Notes: a model not told the origin generated them from the sequence alone. Positions 1 to 9,910 are shown, numbered from the stretch's first letter. The stretch is DNA of 64,000 nt from an uncultured bacterium (GCA_963716205.1 OY970290.1:175417-239416); one strand, 5' to 3'. Translations and numbers: made by a program.

Positions 1-453
1 AATGTCCTGACGAACTCAAAATCTAAGATCGGCGCGTATCAGTTCACCACTCTTGAACCGTATCTTGGCGACATGCATGGGTATATTTTGGCAGATATTC
101 CAGGACTTATTGAGGGTGCTTCGGAAGGCAGGGGGCTTGGACATAAATTCTTGAGACATATCAAACGAACAAAAATTCTTTTGCATTGCCTCTCGCTTGA
201 AAATGAGGATTTGGTCAAAGCATACAAAGTTATCCGCACAGAGTTGAAAGCATATAACGAAGAGCTTGCCGAGAAAAAGGAAGTGGTGATTCTCACAAAA
301 ACGGATTTGATAGACAAAAAAATACTCGATAAAGCGGTGAAGAAAATTTCAAAATTAAACAAGAATATTTTCTCAGTGACAGTGCTTGATGATAATTCGA
401 TCAAGAAATTGAAAGATAATCTGATAAAAATTTTGAGGAAAATGGAGAAATAA
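1..453 (+). CDS. obg: GTPase Obg/CgtA, C-terminal portion (5' end lies outside window)
   Basis: Frame-1 translation from nt 1 reads ...SKSKIGAYQFTTLEPYLGDMHGYILADIPGLIEGASEGRGLGHKFLRHI..., the Obg G-domain; open to the window edge, stop at 453. Confidence 0.8.
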   Translation, partial: NVLTNSKSKIGAYQFTTLEPYLGDMHGYILADIPGLIEGASEGRGLGHKFLRHIKRTKILLHCLSLENEDLVKAYKVIRTELKAYNEELAEKKEVVILTKTDLIDKKILDKAVKKISKLNKNIFSVTVLDDNSIKKLKDNLIKILRKMEK

Positions 454-457
454 AATA

Positions 458-490
458 GGTGGGCTTCTGCGAAGCCCACCCGTTTCTTTG
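458..490. terminator. Rho-independent terminator hairpin after obg
   Basis: ggtgggcttc-tgc-gaagcccacc perfect 10-bp stem directly after the obg stop, followed by a T-rich tract. Confidence 0.55.
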
Positions 491-497
491 AGAATTT

Positions 498-668
498 TTA
501 TTTAGCTGTGTACAACAATGCAAAAAGAACTGCTGACCAAACAAAAGCGCCAATCGAGGTGACGCCAAAAGCTACGGCAATTCCATAACTTTTTAAGTTG
601 GTCATAATTCCAGCAACGCCAGCATTGAACAATGCAAAACAAAGCAAGAGTAATTCAAGATTATGCAT
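498..668 (-). CDS. small hydrophobic protein (56 aa, two predicted TM helices), hypothetical
   Basis: Minus-strand ATG at 668 preceded by AAGGGGAAG SD-like sequence; product MHNLELLLLCFALFNAGVAGIMTNLKSYGIAVAFGVTSIGAFVWSAVLFALLYTAK; below the 60-aa cutoff of the ORF track. Confidence 0.35.
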   Translation of the reverse strand: MHNLELLLLCFALFNAGVAGIMTNLKSYGIAVAFGVTSIGAFVWSAVLFALLYTAK

Positions 669-806
669 TTTCTTCCCCTTATTTTTGATTTAATCAGATA
701 GGATTTTCCAATCCGTGTCCTTCAACTATTTCTTAATCATAATAACAAATTATATTTATTCTGTCAAGTATATAAAAACGCCTTAAAATAAGGTATATTT
801 GACCCA

Positions 807-2228
807 ATGAATACGGAAATGCAGAAAAAATACAAGACGACCATCGGTCTGGAAATCCACGCCGAGCTTGCGACTAAAACCAAGATGTTTTGCAATTGCA
901 AAAACGATCCGGACGAAAAGCGCCCGAATGTGAACATCTGTCCCGTCTGCACCGCGCAGCCAGGTACATTGCCTGTTTTAAATAAAGAAGCGATCAGTCA
1001 CGTTATCCGTGTCGGGCTTGCCTGCGGCTCTGACATCGCCGGCTTTACCGAATGGGACAGGAAAAATTATTTTTATCCCGATATTCCAAAGGGCTATCAG
1101 ATTTCTCAATATAAATATCCGCTCGTATCAGGCGGCGCGATAAACGGCGTGAAGCTTACGAGAATTCATCTCGAGGAAGACACTGCACGCTCGACACATG
1201 ATAAAGGAGATTTTTCGCTCGTGGATTTCAATCGCGGCGGTGTGGCGCTCATGGAGCTTGTAACCGAGCCAGTCATTCATGATGCAAAAACCGCGGCAAA
1301 TTTTGCCAAAGAGTTGCAATTGCTACTGCAATATCTCGGCGCAGGTGAGGCCAACATGGAAAAGGGCGAGATGCGCGTGGAGGCGAATGTCTCCGTCAGT
1401 AGCGAGGATGGAAAGCTCGGCACGAAAGTCGAGGTGAAAAATCTCAATTCATTCCGAACGGTGGAAAAAGCGATTGAATACGAAATAGAAAGACATATTG
1501 AAACGATTGAAGCTGGAGGAAAGATTGTCCAAGAAACGCGCGGCTGGGATGAAGGTAAACAGAAAACTTTTTCACAGCGATTGAAAGAAAGCTCGCATGA
1601 CTACCGATACTTTCCTGATCCGGATATTCCAAAGATGATGGTGCCGGAGATTTTTGATTTGCCAAAAATGAAAAAAGAATTGCCGGAATTGCCGTGGCAG
1701 AGGAGAGAGAAATATATGCAGTTTGGTATTAAAGCCGAAGATGCGGAAAGCTATGTGGGCGACCGCGAGCTCGGAGACTTTTTTGAAAAAGTCATTGCGG
1801 ATTTTGCAGGCGATGCGGAGCTCGTCAAAACCGCTTCAAATTATGTTTCGTCTGACCTCGTCGGACTGCTTTCCAAAGATAAAACTTTGAAATATCCGGA
1901 TCACAAAAATTTTGCAGAGATCATCAAAATGTTCAAAGCAGGTGAGATTTCTTCACGCGTTGCGAAAGATCTTGTTGTGCGGATTTTGAAAGAAAATATT
2001 GACCCGAGGAAAATCGCTGAAAAGGAAGGCTTGATTCAAAAGAGCGATGAAGGAGAATTGAAAACAATCATTGAAAAGTTGGTCGCGGAAAATCCAAAAG
2101 TTGTGGCGGATTATCGCGCTGGCAAGGAAGCATCACTCCAATTTTTCGTCGGTCAAGTGATGAAGATCACTAAAGGTTCCGCAAATCCGCAGATTATAAG
2201 GAAAGTACTATTGTCTGTTTTGAGTTAG
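807..2228 (+). CDS. gatB: Asp/Glu-tRNA amidotransferase subunit B
   Basis: 473 aa; N-terminus TIGLEIHAELATKTKMFCNC..., Cys cluster and C-terminal GatB/YqeY-like tail typical of GatB. Confidence 0.9.
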   Translation: MNTEMQKKYKTTIGLEIHAELATKTKMFCNCKNDPDEKRPNVNICPVCTAQPGTLPVLNKEAISHVIRVGLACGSDIAGFTEWDRKNYFYPDIPKGYQISQYKYPLVSGGAINGVKLTRIHLEEDTARSTHDKGDFSLVDFNRGGVALMELVTEPVIHDAKTAANFAKELQLLLQYLGAGEANMEKGEMRVEANVSVSSEDGKLGTKVEVKNLNSFRTVEKAIEYEIERHIETIEAGGKIVQETRGWDEGKQKTFSQRLKESSHDYRYFPDPDIPKMMVPEIFDLPKMKKELPELPWQRREKYMQFGIKAEDAESYVGDRELGDFFEKVIADFAGDAELVKTASNYVSSDLVGLLSKDKTLKYPDHKNFAEIIKMFKAGEISSRVAKDLVVRILKENIDPRKIAEKEGLIQKSDEGELKTIIEKLVAENPKVVADYRAGKEASLQFFVGQVMKITKGSANPQIIRKVLLSVLS

Positions 2229-2243
2229 TGATATAATGAGTGC

Positions 2244-2777
2244 ATGAAAAAACCTATCAATCTCGGCGTGAGATCCCACAAACCGAAAATTTATATCGGG
2301 ACGGATCACGCTGGTTTCAAATTGAAAAATCAGCTTATTCCATTCGTCAAAAGTCTCGGATACGAAGTTGCCGACTGCGGCGCGTATGTCGAAGATCCAA
2401 AGGACGATGATCCAAACTTCGTCTCGCAAGTGGCGCGCGCAGTGGCGCTCAATCCGGAACATGTCCGAGGAATAATTCTTGGCGGCTCGGGTCAGGGCGA
2501 GGCGATCGTAGCAAATAGATTTCCGAATGTCCGCGCCATCGTCTTTTACGGCAATCCGGGAATTTTCTCCAAGCTTGATGTGATCCGGCTCGGCCGCGAG
2601 CACAATGATTCAAACGTCCTTTCGCTCGGCGCGAGATTTTTGAGTGTGCAGGCAGCGAAAAAGGCGGTGAAAAATTGGCTTGAGATTCCATTTTCCAAAG
2701 CCGAGAGACATATTCGCCGGATCAAAGAAACGGAAGCGATCTCCCGCAGTGTGAAAAATAATTTGGAATTTAAATAA
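2244..2777 (+). CDS. rpiB: ribose-5-phosphate isomerase B (RpiB/LacAB family)
   Basis: 177 aa; KIYIGTDHAGFKLKNQLIPFVKSLGYEVADCGAY... matches the RpiB N-terminal signature. Confidence 0.8.
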   Translation: MKKPINLGVRSHKPKIYIGTDHAGFKLKNQLIPFVKSLGYEVADCGAYVEDPKDDDPNFVSQVARAVALNPEHVRGIILGGSGQGEAIVANRFPNVRAIVFYGNPGIFSKLDVIRLGREHNDSNVLSLGARFLSVQAAKKAVKNWLEIPFSKAERHIRRIKETEAISRSVKNNLEFK

Positions 2778-2778
2778 C

Positions 2779-3498
2779 ATGATAGACGTTATTCCTGCAA
2801 TCATTCCAGAAAGTTTCGAGGACTTGAAAGAAAAAATGCACCTCGTGAAAGGGCTTGCAAAAGTCGTGCAGATGGATGTTTGCGATGGGAAATTCGTTCC
2901 TTCAAAATGCTGGCCGTATGTGAATGATGACGGTGAATTTGAAAAAATCTTGCATGAAGACGACGGGTTTCCATTTTGGCAGGATATAGATTTTGAAGCA
3001 GACTTGATGATAGTCAATCCGGAGGATGGCGGCGCGGAGGATTTCATCAAAGCTGGCGCGAAACGGATTATTTTGCATATTGAATCATCCGATACAATTT
3101 TGGATTTCGTGAAAAAATTGCGCAAAGAATACGGCTATCCTCTCGAGTCGGCGGTGAGCGTGGAGATCGGTATCGGCATCGGTGTTGATACGCCAAATGA
3201 CGTACTTGATGTATTTTTTGAAAAAGATAAAGAGGGCAGGACGCTTGCGGATTTTGTGCAGTTCATGGGCATCAAAAAGATCGGCTACCAAGGGCAAGAA
3301 TTTGATCCGGAAGTCTTGAAAAAAATAAAATTCCTGCGAAAAAAATATCCTGAAGTGATCATTGGCGTTGACGGCGGAGTGAATTTTGAAAATGCGCATG
3401 ACCTTGTAAAAGCCGGCGTGAACAAGCTCGTCTCCGGCTCGGCATTGTATGAGCGTGAGGATATGAAAGAAGCGATTGAGGAGATGGAAAATAGTTAA
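2779..3498 (+). CDS. rpe: ribulose-phosphate 3-epimerase-like TIM-barrel protein
   Basis: 239 aa; VVQMDVCDGKFVP resembles the Rpe DxMDGxFVPN motif and the C-terminal GVDGG...AGVN phosphate-binding region; divergent and longer than canonical Rpe. Confidence 0.55.
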   Translation: MIDVIPAIIPESFEDLKEKMHLVKGLAKVVQMDVCDGKFVPSKCWPYVNDDGEFEKILHEDDGFPFWQDIDFEADLMIVNPEDGGAEDFIKAGAKRIILHIESSDTILDFVKKLRKEYGYPLESAVSVEIGIGIGVDTPNDVLDVFFEKDKEGRTLADFVQFMGIKKIGYQGQEFDPEVLKKIKFLRKKYPEVIIGVDGGVNFENAHDLVKAGVNKLVSGSALYEREDMKEAIEEMENS

Positions 3499-3507
3499 AA
3501 TAAAATT

Positions 3508-4377
3508 ATGAAAACCTTACGACAATATATACAAGAAGCAGGCGAGAAGGGAATTGCAATCGGGCATTTTAATATTTCCAATCTGGAAATGCTCCACGGG
3601 ATTTTCAACGCGGCGAAGAAATTAAATTTGCCGGTTATTATCGGCACAGCAGAAGGCGAGCGTGCATTTATCGGCACTGAGCAAGCCGCGGCACTCGTCA
3701 AAAGTCTTCGAGATGAATACGATTATCCGATTTTTTTGAATGGAGACCACACACATTCATTTGAAAGCGCGAAGGAATGCATCGATGTCGGATATGATTC
3801 TTTTATCATTGACGGCTCGGCAATGCCTTTTGAGGACAATATTAAAATGACAAAGCAATGCGTGGAATACGCGCGGGAAGTAAATCCGGAGATTATCGTG
3901 GAAGGCGAGATCGGTTTTATCGGCGGGTCGTCAAAAGTTCTTGATAAACTTCCCGAAGATGTGAAGATCACCGAAGAATTTCTGACCAAGCCTGATGAAG
4001 CAAAAAAATTTATTGAAGCGACTGGTGTCGATATACTTGCTCCCGCTGTCGGCAATATTCATGGAATGCTTGCGAGCGGAAAAGAACCGGCGCTCAATAT
4101 TAAAGTGGTGAGCAATTTGCGCAAAGCGATAGGAAAAACTCCGATGGTGCTTCACGGCGCTTCCGGAAATACCAAAGAAGATATCCAAGCGGCGATCAAA
4201 GCGGGGATGAATGTCGTGCATGTCAGTACGGAAATCCGCGTGGCTTTCAGAAAAGCGCTTGAAGACGAACTCAAATCAAAACCGGACGAAGTCGCACCGT
4301 ACAAATACATGGACAATGACATTATCGCCGTTGAAAAGCTTGTGGAGGAGAAATTGAGAGTTTTTAATTTTCTCTAA
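3508..4377 (+). CDS. fba: class II fructose-1,6-bisphosphate aldolase (FbaA/tagatose-bisphosphate aldolase family)
   Basis: 289 aa; GHFNISNLEMLHGIFNAAKKLNLPVIIGTAEGE... and NGDHTHS, LHGASG metal/phosphate motifs of class II aldolases. Confidence 0.8.
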   Translation: MKTLRQYIQEAGEKGIAIGHFNISNLEMLHGIFNAAKKLNLPVIIGTAEGERAFIGTEQAAALVKSLRDEYDYPIFLNGDHTHSFESAKECIDVGYDSFIIDGSAMPFEDNIKMTKQCVEYAREVNPEIIVEGEIGFIGGSSKVLDKLPEDVKITEEFLTKPDEAKKFIEATGVDILAPAVGNIHGMLASGKEPALNIKVVSNLRKAIGKTPMVLHGASGNTKEDIQAAIKAGMNVVHVSTEIRVAFRKALEDELKSKPDEVAPYKYMDNDIIAVEKLVEEKLRVFNFL

Positions 4378-4421
4378 TTAGCTCTTGATTTTTTACTGAA
4401 AATAGATATACTGTCTGTTCT

Positions 4422-5105
4422 ATGATTACATTGGAAGTAGAGAAGCGAGATATCAAATCGCCACTTGGCGAGATGAGAAAATCGGGCAAAATCCCGGCGG
4501 TTTTTTATGGCAAAAAAGAGAAATCAACGCCGATCGCACTTTCATTTGCTATTTTTGAAAAAACCCTTCAAACGGCCGGTGAATCCACCGTTTTGCATTT
4601 GAAAGGTGCTGGTATCGATGTTGACGTTTTGATCTACGACGTGGACCGGGATCCTGTCACCGACAAGCCGCGACACGTGGACTTTTATGCTATTGAAAAA
4701 GACAAGAAACTTGAAGTGAAAATTCCTCTCGAATTTATTGGCGTTGCCCCTGCTGTCAAAGACATGGGTGCAGTTTTGGTGAAAGTTATGCACGAGCTTG
4801 AGATTGAAGCACTGCCAAAAGATTTGCCGCATAATCTCGTCGTGGATCTTTCCACTCTTGCAACATTTGACAGTGTCATCAAAGTAAAGGATATCAAATT
4901 GCCAGCCGGCGTCGAGGTCAAAGGAAATGTCGAGGAAATCGTCGCATCTGTCTATGAACCGAAAGAAGAAGTTGAAGCAGCACCAGTTGATCTTTCAGCG
5001 ATCGAAGTAGAGAAGAAAGGCAAGGAAGCCAAGGAAGGTGCAGAGGGTACAGAACCAGCCGAAGTTCCAAAGAAAGAGGAAAAGAAAGAAGAGAAGAAAA
5101 AATAA
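4422..5105 (+). CDS. rplY: 50S ribosomal protein L25/general stress protein Ctc
   Basis: 227 aa; MITLEVEKRDIKSPLGEMRKSGKIPAVFYGKK... L25/Ctc N-terminal signature, Lys/Glu-rich C-terminal tail. Confidence 0.85.
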   Translation: MITLEVEKRDIKSPLGEMRKSGKIPAVFYGKKEKSTPIALSFAIFEKTLQTAGESTVLHLKGAGIDVDVLIYDVDRDPVTDKPRHVDFYAIEKDKKLEVKIPLEFIGVAPAVKDMGAVLVKVMHELEIEALPKDLPHNLVVDLSTLATFDSVIKVKDIKLPAGVEVKGNVEEIVASVYEPKEEVEAAPVDLSAIEVEKKGKEAKEGAEGTEPAEVPKKEEKKEEKKK

Positions 5106-5114
5106 TACAAACCT

Positions 5115-5342
5115 ATGAAAAAAGATATTCACCCAAAATATTTTGACAAGGCAAAGACGACCTGCGTATGCGGTGCGACGTATTCCTTTGGCTCAACGAA
5201 GCCGGAGATCCATGTTGAAATCTGCGCCAATTGCCATCCGATCTACACCGGCAATGAAAAAGTGCTTGATACCGCTGGACGTGTTGAGAAGTTCCGCGCG
5301 AGAAAAGAAGCCGGAGCAACCAAGGCAAAGAAAGGAAAATAA
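5115..5342 (+). CDS. rpmE: 50S ribosomal protein L31
   Basis: 75 aa; MKKDIHPKYFDKAKTTCVCGATYSFGST...CANCHPIYTG with C-x-C...C-x-x-C zinc motif of L31. Confidence 0.9.
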   Translation: MKKDIHPKYFDKAKTTCVCGATYSFGSTKPEIHVEICANCHPIYTGNEKVLDTAGRVEKFRARKEAGATKAKKGK

Positions 5343-5347
5343 CATTC

Positions 5348-5444
5348 ACAAGACCGCTCATTTTGAGGTACGCATAATTTCTTGCTAGAAATTTGCTCGA
5401 TACTCGCGCCACCGCTCGGTCGCCCTCAAAATGAGTGGTCTTGT
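5348..5444 (+). promoter_or_regulatory. long RNA hairpin with a 21-bp perfect stem (one G-U pair), 55-nt structured loop, between rpmE and prfA
   Basis: acaagaccgctcattttgagg (5348-5368) pairs with cctcaaaatgagtggtcttgt (5424-5444); loop contains a second 7-bp hairpin aatttct/agaaatt; the right arm covers the first in-frame ATG (5431) of the prfA ORF. Confidence 0.6.
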
Positions 5445-5460
5445 TTGTTATAATAAAACT

Positions 5461-6453
5461 ATGAACGAACAACTCGAAGAATTCAGAAAGAATAAAAAAA
5501 CCACGTATCTCGCCGAGGAATACGCGCGTCTTGAGAATGAGGAAGAATCCATCAAAAAGATGGCGGAGAAAGATCCGAGCATGCATGTGCTTGCTGAGGA
5601 AGAATTGAAAAGCATTGTAACGCAGAAAGAAACGTTGTTCGCGCAGATGAAAAATATTCTCGCAAGCGGAGAAGAGGAAGAGAAATTTCCGAACGAAGTC
5701 GTCATGGAAATCCGCGCCGGTGTTGGCGGGGAAGAAGCGGCGATCTTTGCCGAGGATTTGGCAAAAATGTACAAACGTTTCTGCGAGCTTCGCGGTTGGT
5801 CATTCAATGTGGTCGCCGAATCCAAGTCCGCGCTTGGCGGATACAAGGAAGCTTCGTTTGAGATCCGTGGCAAGGAAGTCTACAAAGAATTGCGATTTGA
5901 GACTGGTGTGCATCGCGTCCAGCGCGTGCCCGAGACAGAGAAATCCGGCCGCGTGCATACTTCGACTGCATCGGTTGCCATTTTGCCGATCCGCAAGAAA
6001 TCAAAAATAGAAATAAAACCATCCGACTTGCAGATGGAATTTTCCCGTTCAGGTGGCGCGGGCGGACAAAATGTGAACAAAGTTGAAACAGCAGTGAGGA
6101 TTATTCACGTGCCGACCGGCATTGATGCACGTTCGACTTCCGAGCGAAGTCAGTTGAAAAATCGCGAAAAAGCCATGGCTGTTTTGACTGCGAAGCTTGA
6201 ATTGAAAAAAGAGGAAGAGGATTTTAAGAAATTTGCCGGCGAGCGCAAAGAGCAGATTGGCACCGCAGACCGATCCGAAAAAATTCGCACCTACAATATT
6301 TTGCAAGACCGCGTGACCGACCATCGCGTGAAGCATTCCTGGTACAACATTGAAACGATTTTGGCGGGGGATGGTCTTATCCCTGTCGTTGATTATATTG
6401 TCAAAAACGACGGCAAGCCAGCTTCTGGTGATGCTGATGCGGACGAGGAATAA
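5461..6453 (+). CDS. prfA: peptide chain release factor 1
   Basis: GGQ motif ([14 protein letters not shown]), RF1-type [17 protein letters not shown] tripeptide region; start placed at ATG 5461 (MNEQLEE...) because the in-frame ATG at 5431 lies inside the upstream 21-bp stem. Confidence 0.85.
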   Translation: MNEQLEEFRKNKKTTYLAEEYARLENEEESIKKMAEKDPSMHVLAEEELKSIVTQKETLFAQMKNILASGEEEEKFPNEVVMEIRAGVGGEEAAIFAEDLAKMYKRFCELRGWSFNVVAESKSALGGYKEASFEIRGKEVYKELRFETGVHRVQRVPETEKSGRVHTSTASVAILPIRKKSKIEIKPSDLQMEFSRSGGAGGQNVNKVETAVRIIHVPTGIDARSTSERSQLKNREKAMAVLTAKLELKKEEEDFKKFAGERKEQIGTADRSEKIRTYNILQDRVTDHRVKHSWYNIETILAGDGLIPVVDYIVKNDGKPASGDADADEE

Positions 6454-6504
6454 AAGTCTTTTATCTCCTTGATATTTTAAAATATTCTGCTATACTCTCA
6501 CTTC

Positions 6505-7215
6505 ATGGTTACGGAAAACAAAACAAAAGAGGGCGATATGATCGGAGCTATGTTTACGGCAGGCGCTCATTTTGGCTATCAGAAATCACGCAGAAATGCT
6601 TCCACAGCGCCGTATATTTTCGGTTTGAAAAACAAAGTTGAAATCATCGACCTCGAACAGACTGAAAAACAACTCGAAAAAGCAAAAGAATTCATAAAAA
6701 GTATTGCTACGCTCGGCAAACAGATTCTTTTTGTCGGCGGAAAAAATGAAGCTCGCGAGATCATCAAGCTCGCTGCGATGTCTGTCGATATGCCATATGT
6801 GGCATCGAGATGGATCGGCGGAACATTGACGAATGCAGTCGAGATCAAAAAAAGAATTGCCAAATTCGAAGATCTCCAAAAACAGAAAGAAAAAGGCGAG
6901 CTTGCAAAGTATACGAAAAAAGAACGACTTTTGATTGACCGGGAAATTGCAAATCTCGACATGATGTTTTCCGGAATCGTTTCAATGAAAGAACTTCCGA
7001 AAGCACTTTTTGTCATTGATCCGAAAAAAGAATTCATCGCCGTTGCCGAAGCAAAGAAAATGAGTATTCCTGTCGTAGCACTTCTGAACACTGATTGCGA
7101 TGTCACTGAAGTCGAGTACCCGATTGTCGGCAATGACGCTTCCGTTTCAAGCATTGCGCTTTTCACCAATGAAATTGCAAAAGCATACAAAGCTGGCAAG
7201 GTAGCGAAAGCATAA
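6505..7215 (+). CDS. rpsB: 30S ribosomal protein S2
   Basis: 236 aa; MIGAMFTAGAHFGYQKSRRN... S2 N-terminal signature; followed by tsf as in the conserved rpsB-tsf operon. Confidence 0.9.
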   Translation: MVTENKTKEGDMIGAMFTAGAHFGYQKSRRNASTAPYIFGLKNKVEIIDLEQTEKQLEKAKEFIKSIATLGKQILFVGGKNEAREIIKLAAMSVDMPYVASRWIGGTLTNAVEIKKRIAKFEDLQKQKEKGELAKYTKKERLLIDREIANLDMMFSGIVSMKELPKALFVIDPKKEFIAVAEAKKMSIPVVALLNTDCDVTEVEYPIVGNDASVSSIALFTNEIAKAYKAGKVAKA

Positions 7216-7222
7216 AAGAAAT

Positions 7223-7810
7223 ATGGCAGTATCAATGGATCAAATAAAAGAATTGCGAGAGAAAACAGGCATTTCGATCATGCAGTGCAGAAAGGCATTG
7301 GAGGATGCGAAAGGCGATATGGGAAAAGCCATCATTCTTTTGCAGAAAAAAGGCGCTGAAGCCGCGGGCAAAAAAGCCGAGCGCGTGTTGAAATCCGGCA
7401 GAATCGTTTCTTATATCCATGGCACCGGCTCCGTTGGTGTGCTTGTCGAGCTGTGGAGCGAGTCGGATTTCGTCTCGCGAACGGATGAATTTGGAAAGCT
7501 CGGGCATGATATCGCGATGCAGATTGCCGCAGCAAGCCCGATGTATCTCAAGCGCGAGGATGTGCCGGAGGATGAAAAAGTAAAAGTGACTGATGCTTTT
7601 GCCGATGAAGTCAAAGGCAAACCACTTGAAATTCGAGAAAAGATTCTCAACGGCAAACTCGACTCATTTTTCAAGGAAAGAATTTTGCTCGAACAGGATT
7701 TCATCAAGGATCCTTCCGTTACCATCACTAATTTGCTTGAAACTGCCATCCAGAAATTCGGCGAAAAAATAGAAATAGGGAAATTCGTCCGGTTCAACAC
7801 GATGAAATAA
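7223..7810 (+). CDS. tsf: elongation factor Ts (short form)
   Basis: 195 aa; MAVSMDQIKELREKTGISIMQCRKALEDAKGDMGKAI UBA-like N-terminus typical of EF-Ts; operon position after rpsB. Confidence 0.9.
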   Translation: MAVSMDQIKELREKTGISIMQCRKALEDAKGDMGKAIILLQKKGAEAAGKKAERVLKSGRIVSYIHGTGSVGVLVELWSESDFVSRTDEFGKLGHDIAMQIAAASPMYLKREDVPEDEKVKVTDAFADEVKGKPLEIREKILNGKLDSFFKERILLEQDFIKDPSVTITNLLETAIQKFGEKIEIGKFVRFNTMK

Positions 7811-7836
7811 GTGCTCATTTTTGATATAATAACCTT

Positions 7837-8214
7837 ATGGCGATAGCTTTGTTTTACATAGCACTGATTCTTTTGGTCGGAATGATGACAGCCGAATATT
7901 TTGATGTATCGCCGTTTCATCATAAAGCGATTGCCGATATTGTTTCCGAGCAGGAGAAAAAGATCCGCACGATCGCAAAGACGAGCAGGCATTTTGCCTC
8001 GAAAATCCGGTTTGATAATTTCCACAAGCTTGTTGTCCGTATTGTTAATTACATCAAAAAAGAAATCATTTATTTGAAACGAAGATTCGATAGCCAGCAG
8101 CCGAAATTTTTCCTTCAAGCACAGAAACCGAGCGATGTGCACAAAAATTCTGTCTCATTTTTCCTCCGCAGCGTCACTGAGCACAAAAATTCCCTGAAAA
8201 AGAAAGATTTGTAA
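7837..8214 (+). CDS. hypothetical membrane-anchored protein
   Basis: 125 aa ORF with N-terminal hydrophobic helix (MAIALFYIALILLVGMM); no recognisable domain. Confidence 0.4.
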   Translation: MAIALFYIALILLVGMMTAEYFDVSPFHHKAIADIVSEQEKKIRTIAKTSRHFASKIRFDNFHKLVVRIVNYIKKEIIYLKRRFDSQQPKFFLQAQKPSDVHKNSVSFFLRSVTEHKNSLKKKDL

Positions 8215-8248
8215 TTTCTATTTTTTTCTGTTAAATTATCCTTACTAA

Positions 8249-8321
8249 GCCACCTTAGCTCAGTTGGTAGAGCAACGCTTTTGTAAAGCGAAGGTCCCCA
8301 GTTCAAGTCTGGGAGGTGGCT
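8249..8321 (+). tRNA. tRNA-Thr (anticodon UGU)
   Basis: Manual cloverleaf: acceptor GCCACCT/AGGTGGC (7 bp perfect), D arm GCTC-AGTTGGTA-GAGC, anticodon stem ACGCT/AGCGA with loop TTTGTAA (U33, anticodon TGT), T arm CCCAG-TTCAAGT-CTGGG, discriminator T then CC encoded. Confidence 0.8.
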
Positions 8322-8369
8322 CCGCAATCGAAGTTGGAAAAAGCCAACTTGTATCTTCAGACAAGCATC

Positions 8370-9905
8370 ATGGATTATAAAAACAGCATATATTATCGGG
8401 TAGGGAGGGCAAGCGATTTAACGGGCAAAGATCGCGCCATATATCGTTTCTTTGAAATGCTTCCGGGAATTTTGGCTTGGCTTACCATTATAGGAATTTT
8501 CTTTCTTTCTTTTTACAAGCCGTTTTATTGCGCGGTTTTCATTATCTTATTTGATATCTATTGGATTTTGAAAGTCGTCTATCTTTCGATATTTCTGCGC
8601 CAAAATTGGAAAAAGACGAAGCACAATATGTCCGTCAACTGGCATGAGATGCTTGCGAACATAAAATATGACCGGATTCATCAGATGGTTATTCTACCGT
8701 TTTATCACGAGTCGTGGGAAGTGGTCAAAGGAAGCCTCGATGCACTGCTTGATTGTGAATATGACAAGAAGAAATTCATTGTCGTCATCTCCGGCGAGGA
8801 AAGAAATAAATTATATTGTCTTGAAATCATTGAAAAAATAAAAAAGGAATATTCGGGGAAATTCGAACATTTGTTCTGCGTCATTCATCCTTCCAGTATA
8901 GCTGGCGAAATGCCGGGCAAAGGTTCCGCGATAGCGTATGCCGCGGAAGCAGCGCGAAAAGAAATTTTGGACAAAAACAATATTAAATACGAAGATGTGC
9001 TTGTTTCGGCATTTGATATCGACACGGTGGCGTATCCACAATATTTTGAATGCCTGACATGGAATTTCTTGACCTGCGAAGATCCACTCCATTCGTCATT
9101 TCAGCCCGTGCCGCTTTTCAACAATAATATCTGGCAGTCGCCGGCGCTTTCCCGCGTAGTTGCATTTTCCGCGACGTTCTGGCAGATGATCCAGCAGGAG
9201 CGCATCGACCGGTTGGTGACATTCTCATCACACTCGATATGTTTCAAAACACTTTATGAAATCGGCTATTGGCAGAAAAATATGGTTTCGGAAGATTCTC
9301 GTATTTTTTGGAATGCATTTATAGCAAACGACGGAAATTACAAAGTCGTGCCGCTTTGTTTCCCTGTATCGATGGATGCGAACCTCGCGCCGACATTCTG
9401 GCAAACGACTCAAAATGTCTATAAGCAGCAAAGGCGATGGGCATACGGCGTGGAAAACGGTCCGTATGTGTTCATGGGGTTTTTGAAAAACAAAAAAATT
9501 CCGAAAGCGAGAAAATTCAAATTGACTTTCATTCTTCTTGAAGGATATTGGTCTCTAGCGACAAATCCAATTGTTATTTTTTTTCTCGGATGGCTGCCAG
9601 TCGTTCTCGGCGGACGGGAATTCAATCGCACGGTTCTCTCATACAATCTTCCGATCATCACGCGAACGCTCATGACGATTTCCATGCTCGGTATTTTCCT
9701 TTCTTTGACTATTGCAATGAGTTTTCTACCGAAAGCGCCGACTGGAACGAAAAATATCAACAAAATAGCGATGGTCATTCAATGGATATTGATACCGATA
9801 ACTGTTATACTTTTCGGAGCAGTTCCGGCGCTTGATGCCCAGACACGCCTCGCGCTCGGCAAATATATGGGTTTTTGGATAACGCCGAAACACCGGAAAA
9901 AATAA
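8370..9905 (+). CDS. membrane-embedded family-2 glycosyltransferase, processive type (QxxRW motif)
   Basis: Start placed at ATG 8370 (ORF-track start 8316 overlaps the tRNA); N- and C-terminal TM helices flanking a cytoplasmic GT-A domain; YKQQRRWAYG = Q(Q/R)xRW motif of cellulose/chitin/hyaluronan-synthase-like GT2. Confidence 0.7.
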   Translation: MDYKNSIYYRVGRASDLTGKDRAIYRFFEMLPGILAWLTIIGIFFLSFYKPFYCAVFIILFDIYWILKVVYLSIFLRQNWKKTKHNMSVNWHEMLANIKYDRIHQMVILPFYHESWEVVKGSLDALLDCEYDKKKFIVVISGEERNKLYCLEIIEKIKKEYSGKFEHLFCVIHPSSIAGEMPGKGSAIAYAAEAARKEILDKNNIKYEDVLVSAFDIDTVAYPQYFECLTWNFLTCEDPLHSSFQPVPLFNNNIWQSPALSRVVAFSATFWQMIQQERIDRLVTFSSHSICFKTLYEIGYWQKNMVSEDSRIFWNAFIANDGNYKVVPLCFPVSMDANLAPTFWQTTQNVYKQQRRWAYGVENGPYVFMGFLKNKKIPKARKFKLTFILLEGYWSLATNPIVIFFLGWLPVVLGGREFNRTVLSYNLPIITRTLMTISMLGIFLSLTIAMSFLPKAPTGTKNINKIAMVIQWILIPITVILFGAVPALDAQTRLALGKYMGFWITPKHRKK

Positions 9906-9910
9906 ATCAC

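Noticed and set aside
6579-8142. Long minus-strand ORFs (218 aa and 243 aa) antisense to rpsB and tsf
   Set aside because: They overlap confidently identified ribosomal-protein and EF-Ts genes; low-complexity Ser/Phe-rich translations; shadow ORFs of AT-rich coding sequence.
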